Assembly (NCBI GenBank): GCA_964501265.1
Contig: CAZCSK010000003.1
Span: forward strand, 436 to 64,435
Direction of reading: 5' to 3'
Source: an uncultured Actinomycetes bacterium
GTDB taxonomy: Bacteria; Actinomycetota; CADDZG01; JAHWKV01
Length of the DNA: 64,000 bases
Shown one piece after another: positions 35,654 to 44,850 of this stretch; within the stretch, counting starts at the first letter, position 1, and each line of letters opens with the position of its first letter. The translations under genes and the position numbers were made by a program. The notes beneath the pieces are model-generated. The model saw only the letters and a program-made list of their open reading frames with translations, did no database searches and had not been told where the DNA came from.

Positions 35654-38559
35654 AACGCATTCTCTCTTTCGCCGGATTGGTGCTCGTGCTCGTGGGCATG
35701 CCTTTTGTTCTGAATGTGCTCGTGGGCAGGCCCCACATGCTTCGCGTGGACCTATCAGAGGTGAAGGAGACTCTGTCGGGTTCTTTCCTGTCGGTCGATT
35801 CTGTCATTCGAGGCCTTGGGCTTCTTACGTGGGTCTTGTGGGCATACCTCTTTATTGTCGCGAGCCTGAGGGTGGCGGCGATCATCTTCGTGCAGCGGGG
35901 ATCGCCGGCCGGCAATGCACTGATGTCCGCGACATCACGCATGGCGCCCTCTCTGCTGCTCAAACTCGTCGATGTCGCGCTCGGAGGCATTATGTTGCTG
36001 GGCCCGATTTCCATGGCCAGAGCCGGTCCCGGAGTCTTCCCCACGCCTGCAGCTGGCATCATTCAGACAGCAATGCAACGCGCGGACGTCCCGAACGACC
36101 GTGACCAACCTGAAGTTTCGCGTTCTTACCTTGTCCGGCCGGGTGATTCCCTTTGGCGGATAGCGGAACGTGAACTCGGCTCGGGTAGCTCATGGCAGGC
36201 GATTTACGCGCTCAACCAGGGCCGGCACTTCTCTGACGGCCGAGTCCTCGACAACCCGCGCCTCATCCGGCCGAACTGGGTTCTATGGCTTCCCGGGGCG
36301 GCCGAACCGACATCGAGTACGCCCGTTCAATCAACGACCGCGCCCGTTCAATCAACGACTGAACTTGGATCGATCGAGGTGGTCCCTTCGGTCAACGGAC
36401 ACACCGCCCCAATCTCCCCTCCTCCTGCTGGCGTCGAACCCTCCCGTGACCCAATCTCCCCTCCTCATGCTCCTGTCCAACCCTTCCCTGACCCGATCGT
36501 GAACCTTCCGTCGGGCACCGGGCTTGCGGCATCGTTCGCCTCCGGCATTCTCGCTTCCCAGGCCGTGGTGGCGCTCCGACGACGACGGCGTTATATCCCC
36601 GGCGAACCTAAAGTAGATTCGGCCGAGCCGGCCCTTGTAGTCGACCTTCGTCGCGCCCGTCTCTCCCCGGAGACCGATCTTCTCGAATCCGCCGGTGCAG
36701 AACTAGCGGCCGTCTGGAAGGAACAGTCGGGGAGATGGCCGCCGATTGTTTGCGCGACCGAGCACAAGGATCGGGCAACATTTCTGATCGACGATGCGGG
36801 GGAGATGGAGCTGAAGTCCACCTCGCGCGTCGCCTTTACCCGTCTGGACAAATACGTGCGCGCGGAGATCAAGAAGCCTTTTGTTCAGAGCATGGATCGT
36901 CCCTCGGCTCTGGAGGAGGGTCTTCTGATTCCCATTGGTTCAACGCGTTCGGCAGGGGCAGTGCACGCTGGACTCCTCGCGACCGGGGCGCTGGCCATGA
37001 CCGGGCCAGATGCTCACCGGTTGATGATCCAATCTGTGCTGGCCTGCGTCGGCGGACGCAGCCCGGACGATGTTGAGATCTACTTACTAGGCGCGCCCGA
37101 GGGGTTTGGTCGATGCGTCGAATTGCCCCACATCAAACGAACAAGCTCTTGGGAGGATGCCGAGGCGACCCTACGCGCGATCGAGCTAGAGATTCTGAGG
37201 CGCTCGCGGGTCTTCCTCGACGGAGGATTCTCAGACCTTTGGGAACGGCTGGCTTCAGACCAGGACGAGTTTGGGCCCGCCCTCTTGGTTGTCGCGAGCG
37301 ATCCACCTGCCGCATTGACCGGAGTGCTCGATGGGCTTGCCGCCCAGACCTTGAACAACGGATGCGCCCTCCTAGCCTCGGGGTGGCGCCCGTCTGTCGC
37401 GCGAATCGAGCTTAAGGTTGATTCCACGATCGAAGTTGTTGCCGATGTGCCCGTAGCTTCCGAACCACTGCGCCCGACCCTGCTCGATGACGGCGCCGTC
37501 GAAGAGGTGATCGAGATCATCCTTGCTGCACACCCGCGGAATGCCGAGCCTCGCGAGATCCAGGTCTTCCCCGAGGTGGAGGCGATCAGTGAGAGCCCGG
37601 AGCCGAGCCCGTCGAGCGAACTTGAGTCAGAACTGCGCGCATCGACGGAGCAAGTACTCGACATTTCCGAAGACGAGGAACTTGGGGAAGGTCATGTTGA
37701 GTTGCCGGCCGGAGAAGCGCGCACAGTCATGACCACGCGGCTGATAGATCGGATCGGTCCGCCCGATGAGCACCAGGCCGGAGAACCAGTTGAGGCGCGT
37801 TGCTTGGGTAATTTTCTCGTGTCTCGCGACAGTCTGGCTCTCAATGGGTGGAAAGCGAGATCAAAGGAGCTGCTCGCGTATCTCATCGCTCACCCGGATG
37901 GTGTTTCTAAGGATCGAATAATCGATACGTTTTGGCGAGACTCCAAGAAAAAGAGCGGAGATCATCTACTTAGAGATGCGATCTACCACCTTCGGCGACA
38001 GGTTGCCGGAGGGGAGGACTACAAGTGGTCCGAGGGTTACGTAACCCGCGCGGGCGATCTGATAGCTCTGGAGTCGGGACGTTGGTGGTCGGACGCGTGG
38101 ACGTTCGAGGCGCTCATCAACAAGGCCCGCGAACTTGAGAACGGGGATTCAATTGCGACCTTGCGCCTGGCCCTGGACTTGTACCGTGGAGACTTCTGCG
38201 ACGACACATACTATGCGTGGAACGAGCCTATCCGTGAGCGCTACCGGCGTCTCTTTATTGACGCAACATTCAAACTCGCGGAACTGCTGGAGGTTCAAGG
38301 AGAAGTGGAGTCGGCCGTCCATGCGCTAAATCGTGGTATCGAGGTCGATCCCCTTTGCGAGGAATTTTACCGAAGGGCGATCAAGATCGAAGCATCACTT
38401 GGCCGTACGAGCGCAGCACGGACTCGTTATCAGAAACTAACGTCGGTTCTCGCCGATGAACTCGGTGAGGACCCCGATCCGCAAACGCAAGAACTGATGA
38501 GAAGGCTAAGGAAACCAGAACGGACTCACCCCGAACCGACAGCGATCCACCCTCGCTGA
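35650..38559 (+). CDS. Membrane-anchored LysM / degenerate FtsK-like / winged-helix + BTAD (SARP-type) regulator
   Basis: 969 aa with an ATGA overlap. N-terminal TM helices. LysM (YLVRPGDSLWRIAERELGSGSSWQAIYALN). Pro-rich repeats. The middle shows an FtsK/SpoIIIE-like pattern lacking a Walker A Lys. C-terminal OmpR-type wHTH (VEARCLGNFLV...ELLAYLIAHPDGVSKDRIIDTFW) and BTAD (LDLYRGDF...YRRAIKIEASLGRTSAARTRYQKL). Confidence 0.75.
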   Translation: MKRILSFAGLVLVLVGMPFVLNVLVGRPHMLRVDLSEVKETLSGSFLSVDSVIRGLGLLTWVLWAYLFIVASLRVAAIIFVQRGSPAGNALMSATSRMAPSLLLKLVDVALGGIMLLGPISMARAGPGVFPTPAAGIIQTAMQRADVPNDRDQPEVSRSYLVRPGDSLWRIAERELGSGSSWQAIYALNQGRHFSDGRVLDNPRLIRPNWVLWLPGAAEPTSSTPVQSTTAPVQSTTELGSIEVVPSVNGHTAPISPPPAGVEPSRDPISPPHAPVQPFPDPIVNLPSGTGLAASFASGILASQAVVALRRRRRYIPGEPKVDSAEPALVVDLRRARLSPETDLLESAGAELAAVWKEQSGRWPPIVCATEHKDRATFLIDDAGEMELKSTSRVAFTRLDKYVRAEIKKPFVQSMDRPSALEEGLLIPIGSTRSAGAVHAGLLATGALAMTGPDAHRLMIQSVLACVGGRSPDDVEIYLLGAPEGFGRCVELPHIKRTSSWEDAEATLRAIELEILRRSRVFLDGGFSDLWERLASDQDEFGPALLVVASDPPAALTGVLDGLAAQTLNNGCALLASGWRPSVARIELKVDSTIEVVADVPVASEPLRPTLLDDGAVEEVIEIILAAHPRNAEPREIQVFPEVEAISESPEPSPSSELESELRASTEQVLDISEDEELGEGHVELPAGEARTVMTTRLIDRIGPPDEHQAGEPVEARCLGNFLVSRDSLALNGWKARSKELLAYLIAHPDGVSKDRIIDTFWRDSKKKSGDHLLRDAIYHLRRQVAGGEDYKWSEGYVTRAGDLIALESGRWWSDAWTFEALINKARELENGDSIATLRLALDLYRGDFCDDTYYAWNEPIRERYRRLFIDATFKLAELLEVQGEVESAVHALNRGIEVDPLCEEFYRRAIKIEASLGRTSAARTRYQKLTSVLADELGEDPDPQTQELMRRLRKPERTHPEPTAIHPR
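36321..36359 (+). repeat. Short in-frame tandem repeat (21-nt period) in the Pro-rich linker
   Basis: GCCCGTTCAATCAACGAC occurs at 36321..36338 and 36342..36359, encoding PVQSTT twice. Confidence 0.8.
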
Positions 38560-38608
38560 GCACGGGAAGGAATCAGTACCTATAACCGCTGGGGTGACTC
38601 GCGCAGGT

Positions 38609-39244
38609 TCACTCCGGAAGCTCGAAACGATAAATGACAGAAGCCTCAAACTGATGGCCTGGCCTCGACCAAGACACTTCATACTGCCCTCCGGTCAATG
38701 CGGGGGCCTGAGGGCCAAATTCATCTGGATACCTCGCAGACGTAGCCATATCCATGGACGCAACAGGGATCTTCACCTCCTTCCCTATGCTGATCCCAGA
38801 TGGATGCTTCAATACGCACCTTAGGATTCCCCAGGTAGAACTGACAGGACGAATCCTCAACATGAGCGCACCGCCCTCTAGCCAGTGGCTAGGGTGGGGA
38901 GGCCACTCCGGCAGACTCGGCTTTGTGGGCAGGGATGACTCTCTGGGCCTGGCAGCCGCGACGCCAGCGTCGAGACTGCGACTTGGGGTCGATGGTCGTC
39001 GAGTCCCACGTCTGACACCAACCCAGGACCCGAGCTCCTGCGACCAAACAGAAAGGGCAATTATCAGGAGCCCGGCCAACATTAGGCCCGTGCGGAACAA
39101 ATCCGAAGACACAAACGAAAGTGGATCGGTTTCTGCGACCTCGTTCAGTAACTCGGGTCCAGTCCATCCAGTCCAGGTGAGGAGGCCGCCGATTGCTACA
39201 GCAACGGCTCGGATTACTCTCAGGATGGTTACTTTTTTCGACAT
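38609..39244 (-). CDS. Hypothetical membrane protein
   Basis: 211 aa with two N-terminal hydrophobic helices. Lies in a region that looks lower in GC by eye. No family recognised. Confidence 0.5.
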   Translation of the reverse strand: MSKKVTILRVIRAVAVAIGGLLTWTGWTGPELLNEVAETDPLSFVSSDLFRTGLMLAGLLIIALSVWSQELGSWVGVRRGTRRPSTPSRSLDAGVAAARPRESSLPTKPSLPEWPPHPSHWLEGGALMLRIRPVSSTWGILRCVLKHPSGISIGKEVKIPVASMDMATSARYPDEFGPQAPALTGGQYEVSWSRPGHQFEASVIYRFELPE

Positions 39245-39537
39245 CGTTCAATTCGCCTCAGAACCAAGGTTTGCACAGCAGTACATCTGGAAGCACGATT
39301 TCCGAAAAGACTCAAACGTGAAGGAGGGTGCAAAGGAGATCTATGGCAGAAACCCTTCCGCACCGTAAGAGCGCAGTTCCAACTAGGCAATAGTGTTCGG
39401 TACATATGGATTCATGCTGACAACACCAACGCCTCTCAATTTGTAGAGAATCTGACGAGGCACCCGCACGAGAGGGAGCTGCTTATTGCGCGCGCACCGC
39501 GCGGCAGACTTGTTCCAGACCCATCAAACGCCTCCAC

Positions 39538-40722
39538 CTACTCCTCGATTGACTCGAGCGGATGAGTGCGCCTCATAAATTTGTCGAACTGCGGCACGGT
39601 GAACTCATTGAGCCCGTGAGAGGGGCTAAAGATAAGCCCCTTTTCGATAAGTCGAGCTCGTGTGGGGGCTACGTTTTCCGGCCCCGGTCGGCCAAGCCCG
39701 GTTGCAATCTCTCCAGATCGATAAGGTCCCTCACCCAGATCTGCCATCGCGGCCAGATACCTCAGTTCCGCATGTGTCACCCTCGCTACTCGAACGCGAA
39801 AGAAGTTCTCGTCGAGCTGTTGCTCAACGAGAGGCTTCGCGTCGAGGGCGTCCTGATGGGTGATTGCGTCACCCGTCGCCAAATTCCAAACATGTTTTCC
39901 GTATTCCTGGAGAAAGTACGGGTAGCCCTGCGTGTATTCCAAGATTTCGCTAGTAGCCTCTGGTTCGAAGCTCGCGCCCTCATCATCGGCTGGTAGTTCA
40001 AGGGCCTGCCGAGCGGCCTCCGAGTCCAACTGACCGATCATCGGAAAGTCGAACAAGCGCTCCGCGTAGGACTTAGCAGCGCCAGCTAGTGCCGGTAGCT
40101 GAGGCAAACCCGCACCCACAAGGGTTACAGGGAGAGAGCGTTGGGCGACTTGATGCAAGGCGGCGATCAGCGCTTCTAGCTCTGGTCGATCGAGAAACTG
40201 AATCTCATCTATCAGAAATGCGATACCGGTCTTATGCTCTTCGGCGGCCTGCCCGAGCGCCACGAAAAGGTCAGAAAGATCGTCCCCCAAGCTCCCCGAG
40301 TCGGCCTGACCTCTTATAGCTTCCACATCTATTCCGATTTCTGCACCATCTGGAAGTCTCAGCGTGAAGGCCTTAAGTACCCCGGCTGCTCGAAGCGCTC
40401 GCTCCTTGAGCCGCTCAAGAGGGCTCAGGGAAAGCAACGCGCGCCTCACCAGTCGGGCCACCATAGGCTTAAAGTCTGTCTCGTGCGTGATCTCTGTCTT
40501 CGCCGTTCGGAATTCAGCCTCTTCCGCAATATTCTCGAACGTGTTCAGCAAAACGGTTTTTCCGACCCCCCTGAGTCCGGTGACGATCATGCTCTTTTCG
40601 GGCTTGCCTAAGCGCAGGCGTTCCAGCAGGATCCGGAAGGCGTCAAGCTGGGCATCTCGGCCCGTGAGGGCCGGAGGCCTCGATCCCGCCCCTGGGGTGT
40701 AAGGGTTTCGAATTGGATCCAT
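39538..40722 (-). CDS. AAA/STAND-like ATPase (Arch_ATPase / AAA_16-like) with probable C-terminal winged helix
   Basis: 394 aa. N-terminus NPYTPGAGSRPPALTGRDAQLDAF. Walker A TGLRGVGKTVLL and Walker B IAFLIDEIQFL. Confidence 0.7.
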   Translation of the reverse strand: MDPIRNPYTPGAGSRPPALTGRDAQLDAFRILLERLRLGKPEKSMIVTGLRGVGKTVLLNTFENIAEEAEFRTAKTEITHETDFKPMVARLVRRALLSLSPLERLKERALRAAGVLKAFTLRLPDGAEIGIDVEAIRGQADSGSLGDDLSDLFVALGQAAEEHKTGIAFLIDEIQFLDRPELEALIAALHQVAQRSLPVTLVGAGLPQLPALAGAAKSYAERLFDFPMIGQLDSEAARQALELPADDEGASFEPEATSEILEYTQGYPYFLQEYGKHVWNLATGDAITHQDALDAKPLVEQQLDENFFRVRVARVTHAELRYLAAMADLGEGPYRSGEIATGLGRPGPENVAPTRARLIEKGLIFSPSHGLNEFTVPQFDKFMRRTHPLESIEE

Positions 40723-40752
40723 GTCTGCACAAGTGTAGCTAGTTATGAGGTA

Positions 40753-40771
40753 CTTATCAAGACTTGATAAG
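40753..40771. promoter_or_regulatory. Perfect 9+1+9 palindrome upstream of the AAA ATPase gene
   Basis: CTTATCAAG-A-CTTGATAAG lies 31 nt upstream of the ATPase start codon (40722, minus strand). Confidence 0.6.
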
Positions 40772-40834
40772 GTGCCTATAACCCCGACACATTACAAGGG
40801 CTTCCGATGATTCGTGGAACCTAGCCGCCGTCCT

Positions 40835-41359
40835 TCATTGATCTAGTTTGCCGTCCGGCCACCTGCGCCATCGGCTCCCGTGGTTATCGGTGAAAGTCAG
40901 ACGGATTGGCGGTCGCGGGAGTCCCCAATCCCTTTTCAAGTGTTTCGGCTGTGGGGCAACGGAAAATTCGAGTTCCGTAGTTTCGCTCTCAGGCTGGATG
41001 TTGCTCACCCATAGGGAGGACAGAGCCTTGGACGACCTGCCTTTCCAGTCCCATGAGAGGAGCGACACCTCGCAGTCATAGATCGAAACAGGGTTGCGAT
41101 TGGCAACTCGTACGAGGGCTTCCCCAGATTCCTCGACCTGACCCGTTTGTTGGTTTGACTTTTGCTGGTACGAAATCCGTTGGTGAATGACCGAGACTCG
41201 ACCTGCCTGTTCCTTCCGACGATTGTCCACTGCCCGGCGGTATGTGATGGCTGCGAACCATAGTGCCCCGCCAGTTGCAATAGCACCCACCCACGTAGGC
41301 ACATCTCCAAAGTCGAAAGCGCCGCATACGGAACGGATGTTGTCCAAGAACCCGCTCAT
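40835..41359 (-). CDS. Hypothetical membrane protein
   Basis: Start chosen at the internal Met (MSGFLDNIRSV...), just before the single TM helix (WVGAIATGGALWFAAITY). The upstream 68 codons of the track ORF have no support. Confidence 0.45.
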   Translation of the reverse strand: MSGFLDNIRSVCGAFDFGDVPTWVGAIATGGALWFAAITYRRAVDNRRKEQAGRVSVIHQRISYQQKSNQQTGQVEESGEALVRVANRNPVSIYDCEVSLLSWDWKGRSSKALSSLWVSNIQPESETTELEFSVAPQPKHLKRDWGLPRPPIRLTFTDNHGSRWRRWPDGKLDQ

Positions 41360-41696
41360 TATCTCAGCTCCGCTCGTGGCAGAGTTGGCTCCGGTGCAAT
41401 GGGTATCCAGAATTGCCGCTTTCAGCGGACGGGACCACCGGATTTTCAAAGCATGGGACCATCTCTCGTTCCCTTGGTTGGCCGGAGCGGATGCTAACGA
41501 TTGTAGTTGTAGACGGTAGGTCCGGATTCGGTTTTCATCAAACCGGGGGTAAACCGCTTTCATGCCAGGACCCGAGAATCCACAACTCTCGGTGATAGCA
41601 CACGCCAGATGGGATCACGCAGAAAGTCATGAGGAGGTCGGCGGGGCGATCGAAGCATCTCGATAGTTAAAGCGCTGACATCGCTCGCGGGCTTGC

Positions 41697-41737
41697 TCCG
41701 ACGTTAGTCCGACGCTTTTCCGACGTTAGTCCGACGC
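41697..41737 (+). repeat. Iterons: four TCCGACG copies at 11-bp phasing (two 19-nt units TCCGACGTTAGTCCGACGC)
   Basis: Direct reading: TCCGACGTTAG TCCGACGCTTT TCCGACGTTAG TCCGACGC. Lies 22 nt upstream of gene 41759. Confidence 0.85.
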
Positions 41738-41758
41738 GGCCCCTTCAGGCTGCTTGGT

Positions 41759-42454
41759 ATGGCTTGGATGCGAACGGTTGAGAAGAATTTCGAGCGGCTC
41801 AGGGCGAACAGCCGCATAGAGGACGCCTTCCAGGGTTGGAAGGAAGATCAGCCCGCCCTTGAGGGGTTCGAGGGTGTCGAGGAGCTGATCCGCTTCTGCC
41901 GCAACCGGAATGATGACCTCCTGCACGAAAAGAACCGAGTCATCGCTGCCGTTTGCGCCGAGGCCGCGCAAGACGACGACGAAGCCGGGCTCCTGCTGGT
42001 CTGGCTCTTCATAGGCATCTTTCGCAATTTGGCAGGAAGAATCGGGGAGTGTCCTCTCAGCCCGGACGAGTTGGAATCCGAGATGCTGGCGGCCTTCTGG
42101 GAGGAGGTCAGACGAGCCGAGGAGGAAAAGCTCGTGGGCAACCTCTTCTACGCGGTCAAGCATCGCTTATGGGAAGCGATTCGGGAGAAGAGGGCGGAGC
42201 TTTCACGACGGTCGGATTTCAATCTGGAGCCCGCCGGAGCCTCTCCATTCGTGAACAACCCTGCTCTGGTCGTCGAACGAGCTGCCAAAGAGGGGGTTCT
42301 CTCGGCGGCTGACGCCGAACTCGTCATCGCCACGCGCTTGGAGGACCTGTCGGTCGAGGATTTTGTGCGAAAGCATGGCTTGAGCCTGGAAGGAACCCAC
42401 AAGAGGCGACAGCGCGCCGAGCAGAAGCTGATCGACTGGCTTCGGTCCGAGTGA
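41759..42454 (+). CDS. Sigma-70 region-4-like / HTH regulatory protein of the conjugative element
   Basis: 231 aa. The C-terminus (LSAADAELVIATRLEDLSVEDFVRKHGLSLEGTHKRRQRAEQKLIDWL) resembles sigma-70 region 4. First plus-strand gene before the T4SS genes. Confidence 0.45.
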   Translation: MAWMRTVEKNFERLRANSRIEDAFQGWKEDQPALEGFEGVEELIRFCRNRNDDLLHEKNRVIAAVCAEAAQDDDEAGLLLVWLFIGIFRNLAGRIGECPLSPDELESEMLAAFWEEVRRAEEEKLVGNLFYAVKHRLWEAIREKRAELSRRSDFNLEPAGASPFVNNPALVVERAAKEGVLSAADAELVIATRLEDLSVEDFVRKHGLSLEGTHKRRQRAEQKLIDWLRSE

Positions 42455-42474
42455 GCCCTCAGGGGGTCCCCGCC

Positions 42475-42506
42475 GCGTCGGACTCGCGTCGGACTAGCGT
42501 CGGACA
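42475..42506 (+). repeat. Iterons: three GCGTCGGAC copies at 11-bp phasing, inverted relative to 41697..41737
   Basis: Direct reading: GCGTCGGACTC GCGTCGGACTA GCGTCGGACA. CGTCGGA is the reverse complement of TCCGACG. Confidence 0.85.
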
Positions 42507-42650
42507 AGTGTCTGTGTCCAAAACAGGCCCCTTTTTCGACCTTTCTTAAGTACCGGACCTGTGGGGCGAAAGGTTCCCAGCCTCCACTCACGAGAGAAAG
42601 GAGACCGTCTTCGTCCCCAGGTCCTGTCCACAACATCAAGGAGGACGACT

Positions 42651-42929
42651 ATGAACGGGATCCGGATCTTGCAACTGGCTGCAGCCGACGAGGGGTTGGG
42701 GGAGATAGTGCGGATTCTCGACGGGGTCCGCAATTTCCTTATCGCCATTTTGACGGCTCTGGCCATCCTGGCCATGACCTACGCCGGCATCCGCTACGTC
42801 ATGGCGGCCGGCGACCCGGCGGGAGTGGAACGGGCCAAGACCGCCGCGAGGTCGGCCGTCGTGGGCTTGGCTCTCGCTCTCCTAGCCCCTGTACTCGTTT
42901 CCATCGTCAAGCGGATCATCGGAGTCTGA
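42651..42929 (+). CDS. T4SS pilin-like (TrbC/VirB2-type) small membrane protein
   Basis: In-frame ATG 42651 preceded by AAGGAGGA. 92 aa with two hydrophobic helices (FLIAILTALAILAMTYAGIRYV; AVVGLALALLAPVLVSIV). Confidence 0.6.
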   Translation: MNGIRILQLAAADEGLGEIVRILDGVRNFLIAILTALAILAMTYAGIRYVMAAGDPAGVERAKTAARSAVVGLALALLAPVLVSIVKRIIGV

Positions 42930-42934
42930 CGCGG

Positions 42935-43951
42935 GTGAGCCAGCGCATAGCGTTCGTCACGCTCCTCGCCGTTGTGGCTGTGACCATCATGGCGAGTCCC
43001 GTCGCGGCCCAACAGAGTGAAAGCGCTCCCCCGCCTACCACTCCAAGTCCCGCGCCCAACATCGACCAGCCCGCCGGGAGTGAGCCGTCACCCTTCGATA
43101 TTGGAGGGCGAATCCGATCCGCAATCAGCGAGTGGTTCTCCGATCTTGTCGCCTCGGCCCTCAAGCCTGTGTTCGATCTGCTGGGACGCACCGTCTTCTC
43201 CACACCACAACTGGGCGATCACGGCCGCGTCAGAGATCTCTGGCGCTTCTCCATCGGCGTCGCAGATTCGCTACTTCTGATCATGGTCCTGGTAGGGGCT
43301 GGCCTGGTTACGGTCAACGGCGGCCTTGGCGTCCAGCTCACCGCGAAGGAATTGATTCCGCGCGTTCTTCTGGCCGCGGGCGCCGCCAATCTGAGCCTTC
43401 TGTTTCTCGGCATCGCGATCTCGCTCTCCAACGCGCTTGCGAGAGGGATGCTCGGATCGATCGATGCCGATGCAGTCGCCAAGAAAATGACGGAGTCTCT
43501 CTTCGGCGAGGGGTTCGTCAATCCTTTCTACGCCATCCTCGCTCTCGCGGTGGTCGTGTTGGGTCTGCTCGTCGTGGTGGCCTACGTCTTGCGCGTCGCG
43601 ATTCTGGTTGTCCTGGCGTCGGCGGCTCCCCTAATGTTGATCGCTCACGCCCTGCCCCAGTCTGAGAACTGGGCGCGGCTTTGGTGGAGAGCGGTTGTGG
43701 CGAGTCTGGTGGCTCCAGTCGCCCAGGCACTGCTTCTGTCGGTCGCCTTCCGGATCTTTCTTTCAAGCGACGGGCTGCTAGGACTGACCAGCGGAGGTCT
43801 GATCGACCTCCTGGTAATCGGCTGCATCCTCTATTTGCTTTTCAAGATTCCTTTTTGGGCGCTCAACACTGCGCTCGCGGGCGCGGGATCCTCGACATGG
43901 GGAGCCACCAAGCGCTATGCAGGAATGGCCGTCAAGGCGGTGGTCGCATGA
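42935..43951 (+). CDS. TrbL/VirB6-like polytopic conjugal-transfer membrane protein
   Basis: 338 aa with a signal peptide and a Pro-rich segment, then multiple TM helices. Positioned between the pilin and PrgI/VirB4 genes. Confidence 0.55.
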   Translation: MSQRIAFVTLLAVVAVTIMASPVAAQQSESAPPPTTPSPAPNIDQPAGSEPSPFDIGGRIRSAISEWFSDLVASALKPVFDLLGRTVFSTPQLGDHGRVRDLWRFSIGVADSLLLIMVLVGAGLVTVNGGLGVQLTAKELIPRVLLAAGAANLSLLFLGIAISLSNALARGMLGSIDADAVAKKMTESLFGEGFVNPFYAILALAVVVLGLLVVVAYVLRVAILVVLASAAPLMLIAHALPQSENWARLWWRAVVASLVAPVAQALLLSVAFRIFLSSDGLLGLTSGGLIDLLVIGCILYLLFKIPFWALNTALAGAGSSTWGATKRYAGMAVKAVVA

Positions 43952-44850
43952 GCACCCGAATCCCCGCCGACGTCGACATGCCCGACCGCATCTTCGCGGG
44001 GCTGACCGCGCGGCAACTTGCCATCTTGTCCTGCTGCGGCCTGCTGCTATGGGGGATGTACATGACCTTCGGGGCAGAGATCCCGCTGGTTGCCTTCGGA
44101 GCAATGGCGGCCCCGGTCGCGGCTGCAGGACTCGTCGTCGCGACTACGACGCCCGGCCGGGTTCCCCTTGAGAAGCTCTTCGTGCTCGGACTTCGTCATC
44201 TGGCGACGACGAACAAGAGGGTCCTTGCCCCGGAGGGCATCCCCGATGTCGCCCGATGGGCCCGAAAGCTCACCGGGAAGATTGCGCCGCTCGACACACC
44301 ACTGCAGGGGCTGCACGCATCCGGCATCCTGAATCTGGGTGCCGACGGAGCCGCCTCCGTCTGCGAGTCCTCCTCAATCAATTTCGCTCTGCGTTCGGAG
44401 GATGAGAAGGCGGCGCTCATTGAGGGATTCGAGCGCGTCCTCAACTCACTCGACGCTCCCGTCCAGTTCCTGGTGAGATCCGAAAAGGCGGACCTGCACT
44501 CGATGATCGCTTCGTTGGAACGCGAAGCGGCGTTTCTGCCCAATCCGGGACTCACGGCAGCGGCCCTCGAACACGCCTCATTTCTAAAACTCATGGCATC
44601 GCAAGAAGACACGCTAAGACGGCGCGTCCTCGTTTGCGTGAGGGAAACGCGCCTCGACGCGCGGGGAACCTCAAAACTCGAGCACAGGACCGAGGAGACC
44701 TCCTCTTTGCTTCGAGGAATGGGGATACATCTCGATGGTCTCGGGGCGGAGGAGTTTCTTCCGTTGATACGTCGCGCCCTTGACGATGACAACGTTGCCG
44801 GTTCGCGGATGCACCTTCCGGACGAGGTCGTGAAGGGAGCCCGGACGTGA
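43948..44850 (+). CDS. PrgI/VirB3-like membrane protein fused to a VirB4 N-terminal-like region
   Basis: In-frame ATG 43948 (ATGA overlap). PrgI-type N-terminus (DRIFAGLTARQLAILSCCGLLLWGMY). About 200 further residues resemble the N-terminal domain usually found in VirB4-type ATPases. Confidence 0.6.
   Translation: MSTRIPADVDMPDRIFAGLTARQLAILSCCGLLLWGMYMTFGAEIPLVAFGAMAAPVAAAGLVVATTTPGRVPLEKLFVLGLRHLATTNKRVLAPEGIPDVARWARKLTGKIAPLDTPLQGLHASGILNLGADGAASVCESSSINFALRSEDEKAALIEGFERVLNSLDAPVQFLVRSEKADLHSMIASLEREAAFLPNPGLTAAALEHASFLKLMASQEDTLRRRVLVCVRETRLDARGTSKLEHRTEETSSLLRGMGIHLDGLGAEEFLPLIRRALDDDNVAGSRMHLPDEVVKGART

Noticed and set aside
40835-41563. The full 242-aa version of the minus-strand ORF.
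   Set aside because: The N-terminal 68 residues have no hydrophobic or family features. The internal Met directly precedes the TM helix, so the shorter form is reported, with low confidence.
38560-41700. A direct repeat of the tRNA-Glu 3' segment marking the left end (attL) of the ICE.
   Set aside because: I scanned the intergenic stretches at 38.56-38.61, 39.25-39.54, 40.72-40.83 and 41.36-41.76 kb by eye and found no convincing copy. Serine recombinases also need only very short core identities. The left boundary is therefore left open.
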